In this document: one piece after another, positions 1 through 10,459 of the stretch
How positions within the stretch are numbered: position 1 is the stretch's first letter
Layout: each line of letters opens with the position of its first letter
DNA from: an uncultured Christensenellaceae bacterium
GTDB taxonomy: Bacteria; Bacillota; Clostridia; Christensenellales; SZUA-584
Assembly (NCBI GenBank): GCA_964607965.1
Contig: CAZSMH010000002.1
Coordinates: forward strand, 1 to 51,742
Direction: 5' to 3'
DNA: 51,742 bases
The notes under the pieces: generated by a model
Seen by the model: only the letters and a program-made list of their open reading frames with translations
The model's database searches: none
Told to the model about the DNA's origin: nothing
Translations under genes and position numbers: made by a program

Positions 1-763
<763 letters not shown>

Positions 764-764
<1 letters not shown>

Positions 765-1612
765 TGAAACAACAACGTCTCGGTAAAGGGTTAGGGGCAC
801 TTATCGGAGAAGGACCTAAAACATCCGAATCTGCAACAGGTCTTGCTATGATTGACGTAAACGATATTGACCCTAATAGTCTTCAGCCAAGAAAGCATTT
901 TGACAACGAAAAACTTTCGGAGCTTGCACAGTCAATAAAAGCATATGGTATCGTACAGCCTATCATTGTGCAAAAAGAAGGATCGCGTTATACAATTGTC
1001 GCGGGAGAGCGGCGGTATCGGGCTGCACGCCTGGCAGGTTTGACAAACGTTCCGGTAGTAATTAAAGAATGCTCAAAGGCGGAACTGATGGAGGTTTCTC
1101 TTGTTGAGAACCTTCAGCGCGAGGATTTAAATCCGATTGAAGAAGCGGAAGCGATGCGTATGCTTATGAGTGAGTATAATCTGACACAAGAGCAGCTCTC
1201 CGCAAGGCTTGGCAAATCAAGAAGCTCAATAGCAAATACGCTGCGTCTTATAACCTTGCCAGATAATATACGCTCGATGATAGTAACGGGTTTAATTTCA
1301 AGCGGACATGCGCGGTGTCTATTATCGCTCGAAAGCGATGAGGAAAAGCAGAAACTAGCCAACCGCATTATAAAACAGAGGCTTTCAGTACGCGCTGCCG
1401 AACAGATAATAAAATCTTTAGGCGATAACCGGAAAGAAAAGAAAATATCAAGCAAGCAGCCGGAAATTGAGTCGGCAGAAAAAAGCCTAACTGCTGCTCT
1501 TGGCACTAAAGTTCAAATATCTGGAGACTTAAAGTCGGGAAAAATAATTCTTGCATATTACAACAAAGAACAGCTCAATGCGTTATTCGATTTTTTAATA
1601 ACATGCAATTAA
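764..1612 (+). CDS. spo0J: Chromosome-partitioning protein ParB/Spo0J
   Basis: The ParB N-terminal box GERRYRAA and an HTH region are present. It follows parA and is followed by consensus parS sites. Confidence 0.92.
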
Positions 1613-1621
1613 GCTGATGAA

Positions 1622-1637
1622 TGTTTCACGTGAAACA
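1622..1637. other. parS centromere-like site, copy 1 (TGTTTCACGTGAAACA)
   Basis: This is a perfect 16-bp palindrome identical to the Firmicute parS consensus TGTTNCACGTGAAACA. It starts about 10 nt after the parB stop. Confidence 0.85.
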
Positions 1638-1644
1638 AAATAAT

Positions 1645-1660
1645 TGTTTCACGTGAAACA
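1645..1660. other. parS centromere-like site, copy 2 (TGTTTCACGTGAAACA)
   Basis: This is an identical second copy, 7 bp after copy 1. Confidence 0.85.
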
Positions 1661-1662
1661 TA

Positions 1663-2370
1663 TTAAACTACAGTCCTTATAAAATGCCAGAAAAAATTAT
1701 TTTCACTTAAGAAAACTGCTATATCTGAACCCTTATAATATTCTGTGATTTGCTGAACGGGCAATACAAGTATTATAACCGGTATTACAGACGCGATTAG
1801 AAAGCAAAACAAAAACCCTCTTATTGATCCGAAAAGTGCGCCCATAGAACGGTTGTATTGCCGAAGCTCAGGAAGCTGGACCGTATAGTTGACAGCTCCG
1901 AGTACAAAAGAAAATATAACACGGGCCAATAAAAATATTATAATAAAAGAAATAAGGTTAATCACTGCCGACACAAGAGTTAAGTTGAAATATTCCCCGA
2001 GTGTGGTTGCTCCCTGTGCGGCAAATGCTTTTGATTCAACATTTTGTCGTATAAGAGTTAAAAAAGGTTCAGACAAATTGGAAGTTGATAATACTTCGTT
2101 TAACTGGTTTTCGGATATTCTGTCAACGAGCAGCCGAGTATTTTCAAATGAAGCGATTTTCTCAGCGCCCTCCGTGTAGTAAACAAAATAATCATACATT
2201 GTATGATTATTTTTTATTGCAGCAGACATTACAGGATAAAAAAGGTACGATGTAATAAGGGAAATAAAAAACGCACCAAGGCTTAAAGCAGAGTGTAAAA
2301 ATCCGCGGTGAACACCTTCAAGGATAATGACTGCGATAATCAGCAGAAAAAATATATTAATCAGATTCAC
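1663..2370 (-). CDS. CvpA-family integral membrane protein
   Basis: The protein has multiple TM segments and a CvpA-like N-terminus (IIAVIILEGVHRGFL...). There is a 21-nt gap from the upstream gene on the same strand. Confidence 0.6.
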   Translation of the reverse strand: MNLINIFFLLIIAVIILEGVHRGFLHSALSLGAFFISLITSYLFYPVMSAAIKNNHTMYDYFVYYTEGAEKIASFENTRLLVDRISENQLNEVLSTSNLSEPFLTLIRQNVESKAFAAQGATTLGEYFNLTLVSAVINLISFIIIFLLARVIFSFVLGAVNYTVQLPELRQYNRSMGALFGSIRGFLFCFLIASVIPVIILVLPVQQITEYYKGSDIAVFLSENNFFWHFIRTVV

Positions 2371-2391
2371 GTCAAAACCTCCAATAGGGCA

Positions 2392-3501
2392 TTACGGCAA
2401 AGGCATAATATAAACATCGCTGTCCTTTGTGATGAACACATAATTTCCGAATGCACGTTTTACACTGTTTATTTCAAAAGAAAAAGAATATGTTCTTTCG
2501 TATTTGCCGTCAACAGTATATACGAAAATATTTTTATTTGCAAAGCAATATATTTTATCCTTGCCATGAATTATATCGAAAATATCAGGAGGAAGATTGA
2601 TAGACACTTCGCTCCCAGAGCCTTTAATTATACGCGCTATATCAATTGCACCTTCGTTTTGGGCAGGTATAAATACAAACCTCGGATCAGGCAGCCTGCA
2701 TATATCATTGAGCAGCCATCCATAAACCATTACGGATTTATCATCCGAACTTAGAAAAGAATTATACACTGTCAGACGGTTTGTTCCGACAGCATAAATA
2801 TATTCTCCAATGATATGCAGCCTGCTTACAAGCTGGTCTTTTAACTCCTTTATGCCTGTCATAGACTGTGTTTCGGGACGGTAAGTTGATATTAGCGATA
2901 TAGGTACGCTTCCCGAAACATCAAGCTTAAGTAAATAAAGGCTGCTGCTTTCTGCATCAAACCCATAATCAAGTATATAATCATCGGTTACCTCAATCTT
3001 GAACAGTTCGTTCCCGTTTAAATCAAATATTAGAATATAGGCCGGAGATTGTTCAACCTGTTCTTGGCGGACATATACTGCAATTTTATTTTTACCGGCT
3101 CGTGCAGAAAGAATAGTACTGTCTAGCTGTCTTGAAAAGCGGTGCTGTCCTTGCGAATTTACCACCTGTATCACAGAGCTGCTGTTGGCTATTATAATAT
3201 CGTCGTTATATGTAAGCTCAAGTCCGCTTGAAAACAAACCAAGCTGCCAAACGATGTTAGCGGAAAGATCAAGACAGGTCAGATATTCCTGATCTAAATA
3301 TACAATATTTTGTCCCATACCAAAACACTTAACATTTGATGCAAAAGGAAGTTTTATCATTGTATCGGATATTTCCCTGCCTTTTGTAAGCACCATAAAT
3401 AACCCGACAATAAAAATAATAATAGATATAACAACTATAATTAAAAAAGCAAGTTTCTTTTTTTGTATCCGCTTTTTCTTATTTTTTTTATATATATCCA
3501 T
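2392..3501 (-). CDS. Hypothetical membrane-anchored protein (DUF5711-like, repeat/beta-rich ectodomain)
   Basis: A long ORF with a lysine-rich N-terminus, then one TM helix, then about 320 aa of beta-rich sequence. The family assignment is from memory only. Confidence 0.55.
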   Translation of the reverse strand: MDIYKKNKKKRIQKKKLAFLIIVVISIIIFIVGLFMVLTKGREISDTMIKLPFASNVKCFGMGQNIVYLDQEYLTCLDLSANIVWQLGLFSSGLELTYNDDIIIANSSSVIQVVNSQGQHRFSRQLDSTILSARAGKNKIAVYVRQEQVEQSPAYILIFDLNGNELFKIEVTDDYILDYGFDAESSSLYLLKLDVSGSVPISLISTYRPETQSMTGIKELKDQLVSRLHIIGEYIYAVGTNRLTVYNSFLSSDDKSVMVYGWLLNDICRLPDPRFVFIPAQNEGAIDIARIIKGSGSEVSINLPPDIFDIIHGKDKIYCFANKNIFVYTVDGKYERTYSFSFEINSVKRAFGNYVFITKDSDVYIMPLP

Positions 3502-3607
3502 TACAACCTCGCAAAAAGCTTTTTGATAGTGTAATTATATCATACAGCAAAAAAAAGGCGGAATATGTTTAATAACACGATATTAATAATAAGTTTATTA
3601 ATAATAA

Positions 3608-4486
3608 TTATTGCGGACAAAAAATATTAAGTGCCGATGTTTTGACGGCAAGTGTTTTTGGCGTTTGTCCGTAGATTTCACCATCAATATTAAATTCCTG
3701 CTGATTATCGCAATCAATTGTTATTTCACTGCATTTAAACTCTTCAGCTACTGATATTTTGTCTATTTGCCCCTTTTTAAGCCTTGGGAGTTCAAACAAT
3801 ATGCGCCATTTTGCTACCCGGTTTAGTATTAACACATTAAAAAGGCCGTCCTGTACGCAAGCGTTTGGCGCAACATAAAGGCCTCCGCCGTAACACTTGC
3901 CGTTTGCTACTGCAATAAGCAGAACGTCCCGTGTAAAATTCTGACCGTTTGCTGTTATGTATAATTTTATGCTCTTGTATTTTAATATTGACATAACAAT
4001 GCCTAAAAAGTATGCAAGACCTCCTGTAAAAAATTTTCTGACCTTTTGCGTATTATGTAAAACATTTACGTCAAAACCTGTACCGGCAACATTGAGGAAC
4101 GGCTGATCTCCGAGGATACCGATGTCTACCATTTTTGTATTTCCCGAAAGTATTATTTTAAGCGCACTTAATATATCCTTTGGAACGCCGACAGACTGGC
4201 GAAAATCATTTCCTGTGCCCGCAGGTATAATGCCGAGTTTTTCATCTGAACCGGATAATTCTCCGGCAATCTCGAGAAGAGTGCCGTCTCCGCCGACAGA
4301 TATTATACCGTCATAATGTTTGCCTATGGCTTCCCTGGCCAGCATAACAGCGTGGCGTTTATATTCGGTTTGCACATCCTTATATTCGATACCGTTTTCT
4401 TTAAGATAAGTAGTAACAATATTCATGGCTTTATAGGAGCGTCCTGCTCCTGCGGTAGGATTAAATATTATGTAAAACATAAACAT
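3608..4486 (-). CDS. Diacylglycerol/lipid kinase family protein (YegS/DagK-like)
   Basis: The N-terminus reads IIFNPTAGAGRS, the GGDGT motif is present, and GTGNDF is present. Confidence 0.85.
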   Translation of the reverse strand: MFMFYIIFNPTAGAGRSYKAMNIVTTYLKENGIEYKDVQTEYKRHAVMLAREAIGKHYDGIISVGGDGTLLEIAGELSGSDEKLGIIPAGTGNDFRQSVGVPKDILSALKIILSGNTKMVDIGILGDQPFLNVAGTGFDVNVLHNTQKVRKFFTGGLAYFLGIVMSILKYKSIKLYITANGQNFTRDVLLIAVANGKCYGGGLYVAPNACVQDGLFNVLILNRVAKWRILFELPRLKKGQIDKISVAEEFKCSEITIDCDNQQEFNIDGEIYGQTPKTLAVKTSALNIFCPQ

Positions 4487-4617
4487 GCTCCTTATGATGT
4501 TGATAACATTCTACAAAAAAATACATAGATTGTACAGTGTATTATTGAGGCATTTGATTTGTATTGTGGATAAAATGTAGTTGTGGTATATTGGTTAATA
4601 AACAAGGGGTGATATTT

Positions 4618-5229
4618 TTGTCTCCGACCTGGGGAGTAGTGTTGCGATTTCTGTGGTACTTTTTTTCCCGATTAATTCTTATAGCGCTTATAATCGGTCT
4701 TGTTTTGTTATCCTTTTTTGCAGCCATGGATTATATGAATGTTCAGGTACTCATAAAAGACGGTTTAAATCTTAGAGCCGATGTGGTTATTAAGGGAAAC
4801 GATCCTACGGCGCTTATAAAAGTGTTTTCCAAGAATTTTCTTGAACACGATATGTTGCTTAATACAGATGCATACAGGCCTTATATAGTATCAAGTTATG
4901 AACATAATGTTAAAACCGGATTCGCGGTTATTCTTCCATGGCATAATACCGTTAAACTGCGTGTTACGGAAGAAATAACAAAAATCAGGGGGGAGTTATA
5001 TGTTATTGCAGACCAGACGGTAGAATTAAACGAAACGCCGCCTGAGTGGGATAACGCTGTATATGATATAACCCTTATGCGTTTTGAGGACAACTGGCGT
5101 ATTGCTTCTCTTGAACTTGTAGAAATGCTGCCAAAACCGCCCCCTGCACCCGACCCAACGTTGACGCCTGTTTTAGAACCTGTTTCAACAGATTTAATAA
5201 TTAATAGTGAGGAGATAATCGAAGATTGA
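4618..5229 (+). CDS. Hypothetical membrane-anchored protein with Pro-rich C-terminal tail
   Basis: The ORF is 4564-5229. The likely start is TTG at 4618, preceded by AAGGGGTGA. It has one TM helix and ends overlapping the dusB start. Confidence 0.5.
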   Translation: MSPTWGVVLRFLWYFFSRLILIALIIGLVLLSFFAAMDYMNVQVLIKDGLNLRADVVIKGNDPTALIKVFSKNFLEHDMLLNTDAYRPYIVSSYEHNVKTGFAVILPWHNTVKLRVTEEITKIRGELYVIADQTVELNETPPEWDNAVYDITLMRFEDNWRIASLELVEMLPKPPPAPDPTLTPVLEPVSTDLIINSEEIIED

Positions 5230-6176
5230 TTATTTCCGGAGTATTTCTCGCGCCGATGGCGGGCATAACTGATGCTGCCTTCCGTCACGTATGTATTGAA
5301 CAAGGCGCGAAGTTTTGTTATACAGAAATGGTAAGTGCAAAGGGGTTGGAGTTTGGTTCAAAAAAAACTGCTTCGCTTTTGCGTTTTGCGAAAAATGAAC
5401 GGCATCTGGGCGTACAGCTGTTTTCAAGCGATTCATATTCCCTTGCAGTGTGCATAGAACTGTTATCGGAAACGTATGGCAGCCGCATAGCGTTATTCGA
5501 TATTAACATGGGGTGCCCTGCTCCGAAAATTACCGGGAATGAGGAAGGCTGTGCTCTTATGAAAAATCCAGGTCTGGCCATGCAGCTGATTAAAACTGCA
5601 GCTGCTGCATCAAAAACGCCTGTTACTGTAAAATTTAGAAAAGGATGGGACGAAAACAGTATAAATGCAGTGGAATTTGCGCAAATGGCAGAGCAGGCCG
5701 GAGCCAGTGCGGTAACAGTACATGGACGTACCCGGCAGCAATTTTACAGCGGCAAGGCTGATATTCGTATAATTGAGAATGTAAAAAAAGCTATTGGCAT
5801 ACCCGTTATAGGAAGCGGTGATGTTTTTTCCGCATTTGACGCATGCGAAATGTTTAATAAAACCGGCTGCGATGCTGTTATGGTTGCGCGAGGAGCATTA
5901 GGGTATCCTTTTATATTCCGGGAAATACAACGCTATATGCAAACGGGAGAAATAATACCTGCGACAATAAAGGAGAGGGCACAAATGCTTTTGCGACAGG
6001 CAAGCCTTTGCTGCGAATATAAAGGTGAACCGCTTGCAATGCGGCAAATAAGAAAACACGCTTCATGGTATTTTAAAGGCCTGCCGGGAGCATCAAGACT
6101 TCGTGAGGCTGCAGTGCGCATTTGCACTTTAAGCGATTTACAAAAGCTGTTGTTGCCATTACTAAATGACCAGTAA
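5226..6176 (+). CDS. dus: tRNA-dihydrouridine synthase (DusB family)
   Basis: The LAPMAGITD motif, a TIM-barrel Dus signature and a C-terminal helical domain are present. Confidence 0.87.
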   Translation: MIISGVFLAPMAGITDAAFRHVCIEQGAKFCYTEMVSAKGLEFGSKKTASLLRFAKNERHLGVQLFSSDSYSLAVCIELLSETYGSRIALFDINMGCPAPKITGNEEGCALMKNPGLAMQLIKTAAAASKTPVTVKFRKGWDENSINAVEFAQMAEQAGASAVTVHGRTRQQFYSGKADIRIIENVKKAIGIPVIGSGDVFSAFDACEMFNKTGCDAVMVARGALGYPFIFREIQRYMQTGEIIPATIKERAQMLLRQASLCCEYKGEPLAMRQIRKHASWYFKGLPGASRLREAAVRICTLSDLQKLLLPLLNDQ

Positions 6177-6325
6177 ACCTTATATGTGATTACCAAATGG
6201 AAAACAATAGTAATTACCAACGATAAATCTGTATGTTGAAAAAAAAAAAGATTTATATTATAGTATATATTAGTCTGCATATAAAAACGGATATAGAAAT
6301 TACAATCTGAAGGGGCTTGGATACA

Positions 6326-7369
6326 ATGGGAATGTTTGAGTTTAATGATATAGGGTTGGATCTGGGTACAGCAAGCGTACTTGTGTATGTAAAAGGAAAA
6401 GGAATTGTACTTCGCGAGCCCTCGGTAGTTGCAGTAAACAGAAATACCGGGGAAATTATTGCCATAGGCGAGGAAGCCCGCGTTATGCTCGGCAGAACAC
6501 CGGGCAATATAGTAGCGGTAAGACCGCTTCGCAACGGCGTAATTTCCAACTTCCATGATACAGAACGTATGCTGCGTTATTTTTTACGCAAAGTTATCGG
6601 CCGGCGGCTCTTTTTTAAACCCCGGGTAATTGTCTGTGTTCCTTCGGGTGTTACCGAAGTGGAACGGCGTTCAGTAATTGAAGCCACAGAGGAAGCAGGT
6701 GCGCGTCATACCGGTCTTATAGAAGAACCTATGGCTGCAGCTATTGGCTCAGGCATTGATGTATCGGCTCCTTATGGAAATATGGTCGTTGATATAGGCG
6801 GCGGTACGACTGATGTTGCGGTTATATCGCTTGGGGGCATTGTTTTGAGTGATTCTGTCAAGATAGCCGGTGATAAATTTGACGAAGCTATACTTCGTTA
6901 TATGAAAAAGAAACATAATATGCTTATAGGCGATAGGACGGCTGAAGAAATAAAAATAAACATAGGTTCCGCATTTCCGCGTAAGGAGCAGATTTATATG
7001 GAGGTTGCGGGACGAAACCTTATATCCGGACTCCCGAAGGTTGTAACCATAAGCTCAAATGAAACAATTGAGGCTCTTGAAGAGCCGCTTAATGCTATGA
7101 TGGAAACTCTTCACGGGGTGCTTGAACGTATTCCGCCGGAACTGGCCTCGGATATCGCGGAAAACGGAATATGTATGACAGGTGGCGGTTCTTTACTGTA
7201 CGGGCTGGACAGGCTGCTTAGCGAAAAAACCGGAATTCCCTGTTATGTAGCGGAGGATGCCGTATCATGTGTTGCTATCGGGACAGGGCTTGCGCTTGAT
7301 AATATGGAATATTATGCGAACGGCACTGTATACGATTACCGAAAAGGCGATTATTATAACAATTACTGA
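6326..7369 (+). CDS. mreB: Rod-shape-determining actin homologue MreB/Mbl
   Basis: The DIGLDLGTASVLVY phosphate-1 motif and DIGGGTTDVAV are present. ATG at 6326 has better spacing from GAAGGGG than the TTG at 6317. Confidence 0.9.
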   Translation: MGMFEFNDIGLDLGTASVLVYVKGKGIVLREPSVVAVNRNTGEIIAIGEEARVMLGRTPGNIVAVRPLRNGVISNFHDTERMLRYFLRKVIGRRLFFKPRVIVCVPSGVTEVERRSVIEATEEAGARHTGLIEEPMAAAIGSGIDVSAPYGNMVVDIGGGTTDVAVISLGGIVLSDSVKIAGDKFDEAILRYMKKKHNMLIGDRTAEEIKINIGSAFPRKEQIYMEVAGRNLISGLPKVVTISSNETIEALEEPLNAMMETLHGVLERIPPELASDIAENGICMTGGGSLLYGLDRLLSEKTGIPCYVAEDAVSCVAIGTGLALDNMEYYANGTVYDYRKGDYYNNY

Positions 7370-7406
7370 TTTGGTAAGTTTAGGTTGAATAAAAGGAAGT
7401 AATCTG

Positions 7407-8507
7407 TTGCAAATACAAGTTCCCGACGTTAAAAAGACTAATCATAAAAATGCAAACAGAAAAGCAATTTCAGCATTATTGAGTGTGCTTACTGTTCTTA
7501 TAATAGGCGCAGCGGTTGTTGGAATACTTTTAAGTATGCGTATAAAAAGCAGCGGCTACGAGTCTCTTTTCAATAATCCGAAAATTATTATTACTGAAAA
7601 TACGGAAGGTCAAGCTGATCCTGACAGCATTGAAACTCCTGTTTTTAAAACAATCAGCTATAACGGCAAGACATATATGAGAAATGAAGGCATTGTTAAT
7701 CTTCTGTTTCTTGGAATAGATTCTGATGCGGTACGACGTAAAAATAATAAAGGTTACAGAAGCGATATGGTGATGGTATGTGCGGTTGATACCGTTGAGG
7801 AAACAGCAACGTTGATTTCTATACCGCGCGACACTTATACGACAATGTATAAGATTGATAGTTCGGGTGCCATTAAAAGTACTGTGCAGGCAAAGATTAA
7901 TGCAGCATACGCTTACGGCGGCAGCAAAGAATACCGACCTGCTAATTCAATGAATTGCGTACAGATGTTTTTGCAGCGTGAATGCGAGCTTACGGAACCT
8001 TTAGGCTTCACACTTGATATACCCGTCGGTTTTTATGCAAGCATAGATATGGACGGTATTACAAAGGTGGCTTCTGCCGTAGGAGGCGTAGAGGTTAAGC
8101 TAGATGCTAATATACCCGGAGTTGGCGGAAAAGGCGAGACGGTGCTGCTAAAAGGCAGCGCAGCCGAAGAATATATACGCAATAGGCACGATACTGCAGG
8201 GGGAGATATAACAAGGGCTGCCCGTCAGCGAACATTTATGATTGCGCTTGCTAAGAAGATAAAAAACATGGGAGAAGTGAACATAATTCTTTCGCTGTAT
8301 GATGAACTGCAAAAATATGTTAATACAAATCTTAATACAGACAATATGCTCGATTTTGCCAAGCTGCTCAAGAAAGTAAAAATCGATGAAATCAGGCAAA
8401 TTTCAATTCCCGGTGAATCTAAAAGAATAGACGGTTCTTCAGTGATTATACACGACGAAAAAGAAACGCTGGAATTATTGCTCGATGTTTACTACAAAGA
8501 AGCATAA
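7407..8507 (+). CDS. LCP (LytR-CpsA-Psr) family cell-envelope phosphotransferase
   Basis: An N-terminal TM helix is present. Motifs LLFLGIDS...RSDMVMV...ISIPRDTY are typical of LCP proteins. Confidence 0.85.
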   Translation: MQIQVPDVKKTNHKNANRKAISALLSVLTVLIIGAAVVGILLSMRIKSSGYESLFNNPKIIITENTEGQADPDSIETPVFKTISYNGKTYMRNEGIVNLLFLGIDSDAVRRKNNKGYRSDMVMVCAVDTVEETATLISIPRDTYTTMYKIDSSGAIKSTVQAKINAAYAYGGSKEYRPANSMNCVQMFLQRECELTEPLGFTLDIPVGFYASIDMDGITKVASAVGGVEVKLDANIPGVGGKGETVLLKGSAAEEYIRNRHDTAGGDITRAARQRTFMIALAKKIKNMGEVNIILSLYDELQKYVNTNLNTDNMLDFAKLLKKVKIDEIRQISIPGESKRIDGSSVIIHDEKETLELLLDVYYKEA

Positions 8508-8539
8508 AAAGTCGTAAAGCCTTTTTGGACATTTATCAG

Positions 8540-10441
8540 CTATTCCAATTCAGATATCCACAATCTAACATCTGCATCCGAAGGCATTCTCCAGTCTCCG
8601 CGGGGAGATAGGGATACGCTGCCTACTTTAGGACCGTCAGGCATACATGAACGCTTAAATTGCGATGAAAAAAACCTATGGTAGAATTTTTTTAACTGCT
8701 CTTTAATATAAGCCTCGCTGTATTCATTAAAAGCATGGTTTGCAAGCAGAAGTATTTTGCGCGGCGTCATTTCAAATCTAAGCATATAGTACATGAAAAA
8801 GTCGTTAAGCACGTAAGGTCCTATCTGCTGCTGAGTATCCTGACGCATGCCTTCTTTATCGGGCGGCTTTAGTTCCGGCGACGGGGGAATGGCTACAATT
8901 TCTTTCATTATCTCGTTGAGTTCTTTTTTATTGCGTGATAAGTAAAGTACCATTTGGTGTATGAGGGTTTTGGCAACGCCTGCGTTAACCCCGTACATTG
9001 AAATCTGATCGCCCGCGTATGTGCAGAACCCGAGAGCTAGTTCGGATAAATCGCCTGTCCCTACCACAATGCCATTGTTTTTATTGGCGAGGTCCATCAA
9101 TACTTGTGTGCGTTCTCGTGCCTGCGCATTCTCATACGTTATATCGGCTTTACCGCAGTGCCCTAAATCATCAAGATGAGCTTTTGTTGCGTCAACTATA
9201 TTTATTTCGGTAAGCGTAGCACCGACAGCTTTTATAAGCCGCCTTGCGATATCCTGTGTTATATCAGTGCTGCCAAGCCCCGGCATAACCACTCCGGTAA
9301 CCGCTTTTTTGGAAAGACCTGAGAGTTTTGCCGCCTGGCATGAGACTAAAAGAGCCAAGGCGGAATCTAGCCCACCCGATACACCGACAATAATATTCTT
9401 TGACCCGATATGCAAAAGCCTTTTTGTTAATGCCGTAACCTGTATGTCGAATACTTCCCGACAGCGCGATTCTAGTTTTTTTGTATCTTTAGGAACAAAA
9501 GGTGTTTTATAAATGCTTCTGTATTTAGGCGAAACCTGTGCGGCATCAAATGCTATTCTTTTATACTGCCGGCCGGAACTTTGAGCAATAAAAGTGTTTT
9601 TAAGTATACGATCGTGAGTTAAGCGGTGCAGGTCAAACTCGGTAATATTCATGTGCGAATCAAATCTAAACCGAGGGGAGTTTAACAGTATGTTTCCGTT
9701 TTCCGCAATAACCGCATGTCCTCCGAATACCGTATCAGTAGTGGATTCGCCCGGCCCTGCAGATACGTATAAAAACCCTCCTATAAAACGGCCGGATTGC
9801 TGCTTTATAAGCTCCTGACGGTATTCGCTTTTTCCGGCCAGTTCATTACTTGCGGAGATATTTATAAAGACCGTTGCGCCGGCCATTGCCTGGTAGGCAT
9901 GCGGCGGAAACGGAACCCATAAATCCTCACATAGCTCTATACCAATCACCAGGCCGCGTATATACGGGCACTCGAATAAAATATCCGTTCCAAAGGGCAC
10001 ATTGTGCCCGCACAACTTTACGGTTTGGTTAACTACATTGATACCTGAAGCAAACCAGCGCTGTTCATAATATTCTGAATAATTCGGTATAAATGTTTTA
10101 GGGACAACACCCAAAATACGCCCGGATTGTATAACGACGGCAGCGTTATAAAGCTTGTCGGATGAATAAACAGGCATGCCGATAACAGCCAGCACTTTTG
10201 TATTCTTTGTCTCCTCCAGTAAGTCTTGAAGCATTTTTTCGCTTTGTTCAAGCAGGTTCGCCTGCCGAAACAAATCTCCAAGCGTATATGAAGTAATGCA
10301 AAGTTCAGGAAAGGCAACTATTGATACGCCGTTTTGCTGTGCATCATTTATCATAGCCGATATGTTTTCTTTATTTTTATGCAGATTGCCCACTGTAACC
10401 GCAGGTACAGCCGCCGCTACTCTGATAAGCCCGCTGTTCAT
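8540..10441 (-). CDS. nadE: Glutamine-dependent NAD(+) synthetase
   Basis: The 633-aa protein has an N-terminal CN-hydrolase domain (FPELCITSY, CEDLW) and a C-terminal NAD synthetase domain with the SGGLDS PP-loop. Confidence 0.92.
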   Translation of the reverse strand: MNSGLIRVAAAVPAVTVGNLHKNKENISAMINDAQQNGVSIVAFPELCITSYTLGDLFRQANLLEQSEKMLQDLLEETKNTKVLAVIGMPVYSSDKLYNAAVVIQSGRILGVVPKTFIPNYSEYYEQRWFASGINVVNQTVKLCGHNVPFGTDILFECPYIRGLVIGIELCEDLWVPFPPHAYQAMAGATVFINISASNELAGKSEYRQELIKQQSGRFIGGFLYVSAGPGESTTDTVFGGHAVIAENGNILLNSPRFRFDSHMNITEFDLHRLTHDRILKNTFIAQSSGRQYKRIAFDAAQVSPKYRSIYKTPFVPKDTKKLESRCREVFDIQVTALTKRLLHIGSKNIIVGVSGGLDSALALLVSCQAAKLSGLSKKAVTGVVMPGLGSTDITQDIARRLIKAVGATLTEINIVDATKAHLDDLGHCGKADITYENAQARERTQVLMDLANKNNGIVVGTGDLSELALGFCTYAGDQISMYGVNAGVAKTLIHQMVLYLSRNKKELNEIMKEIVAIPPSPELKPPDKEGMRQDTQQQIGPYVLNDFFMYYMLRFEMTPRKILLLANHAFNEYSEAYIKEQLKKFYHRFFSSQFKRSCMPDGPKVGSVSLSPRGDWRMPSDADVRLWISELE

Positions 10442-10459
10442 AGTAAAACCTCCCGTTAC

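Noticed and set aside
4565-4573. A perfect DnaA box (TGTGGATAA), raising the possibility of oriC
   Set aside because: It is a single box that overlaps a plausible -35 element. I saw no cluster of boxes, no adjacent AT-rich DUE and no dnaA gene, and one chance 9-mer match in about 100 kb of two-strand sequence is not surprising.
5933-6556. A 207-aa and a 98-aa minus-strand ORF spanning the dusB 3' end, the spacer and the mreB 5' end
   Set aside because: They cross a promoter-containing spacer and lie antisense to two well-supported genes. They have no motifs.
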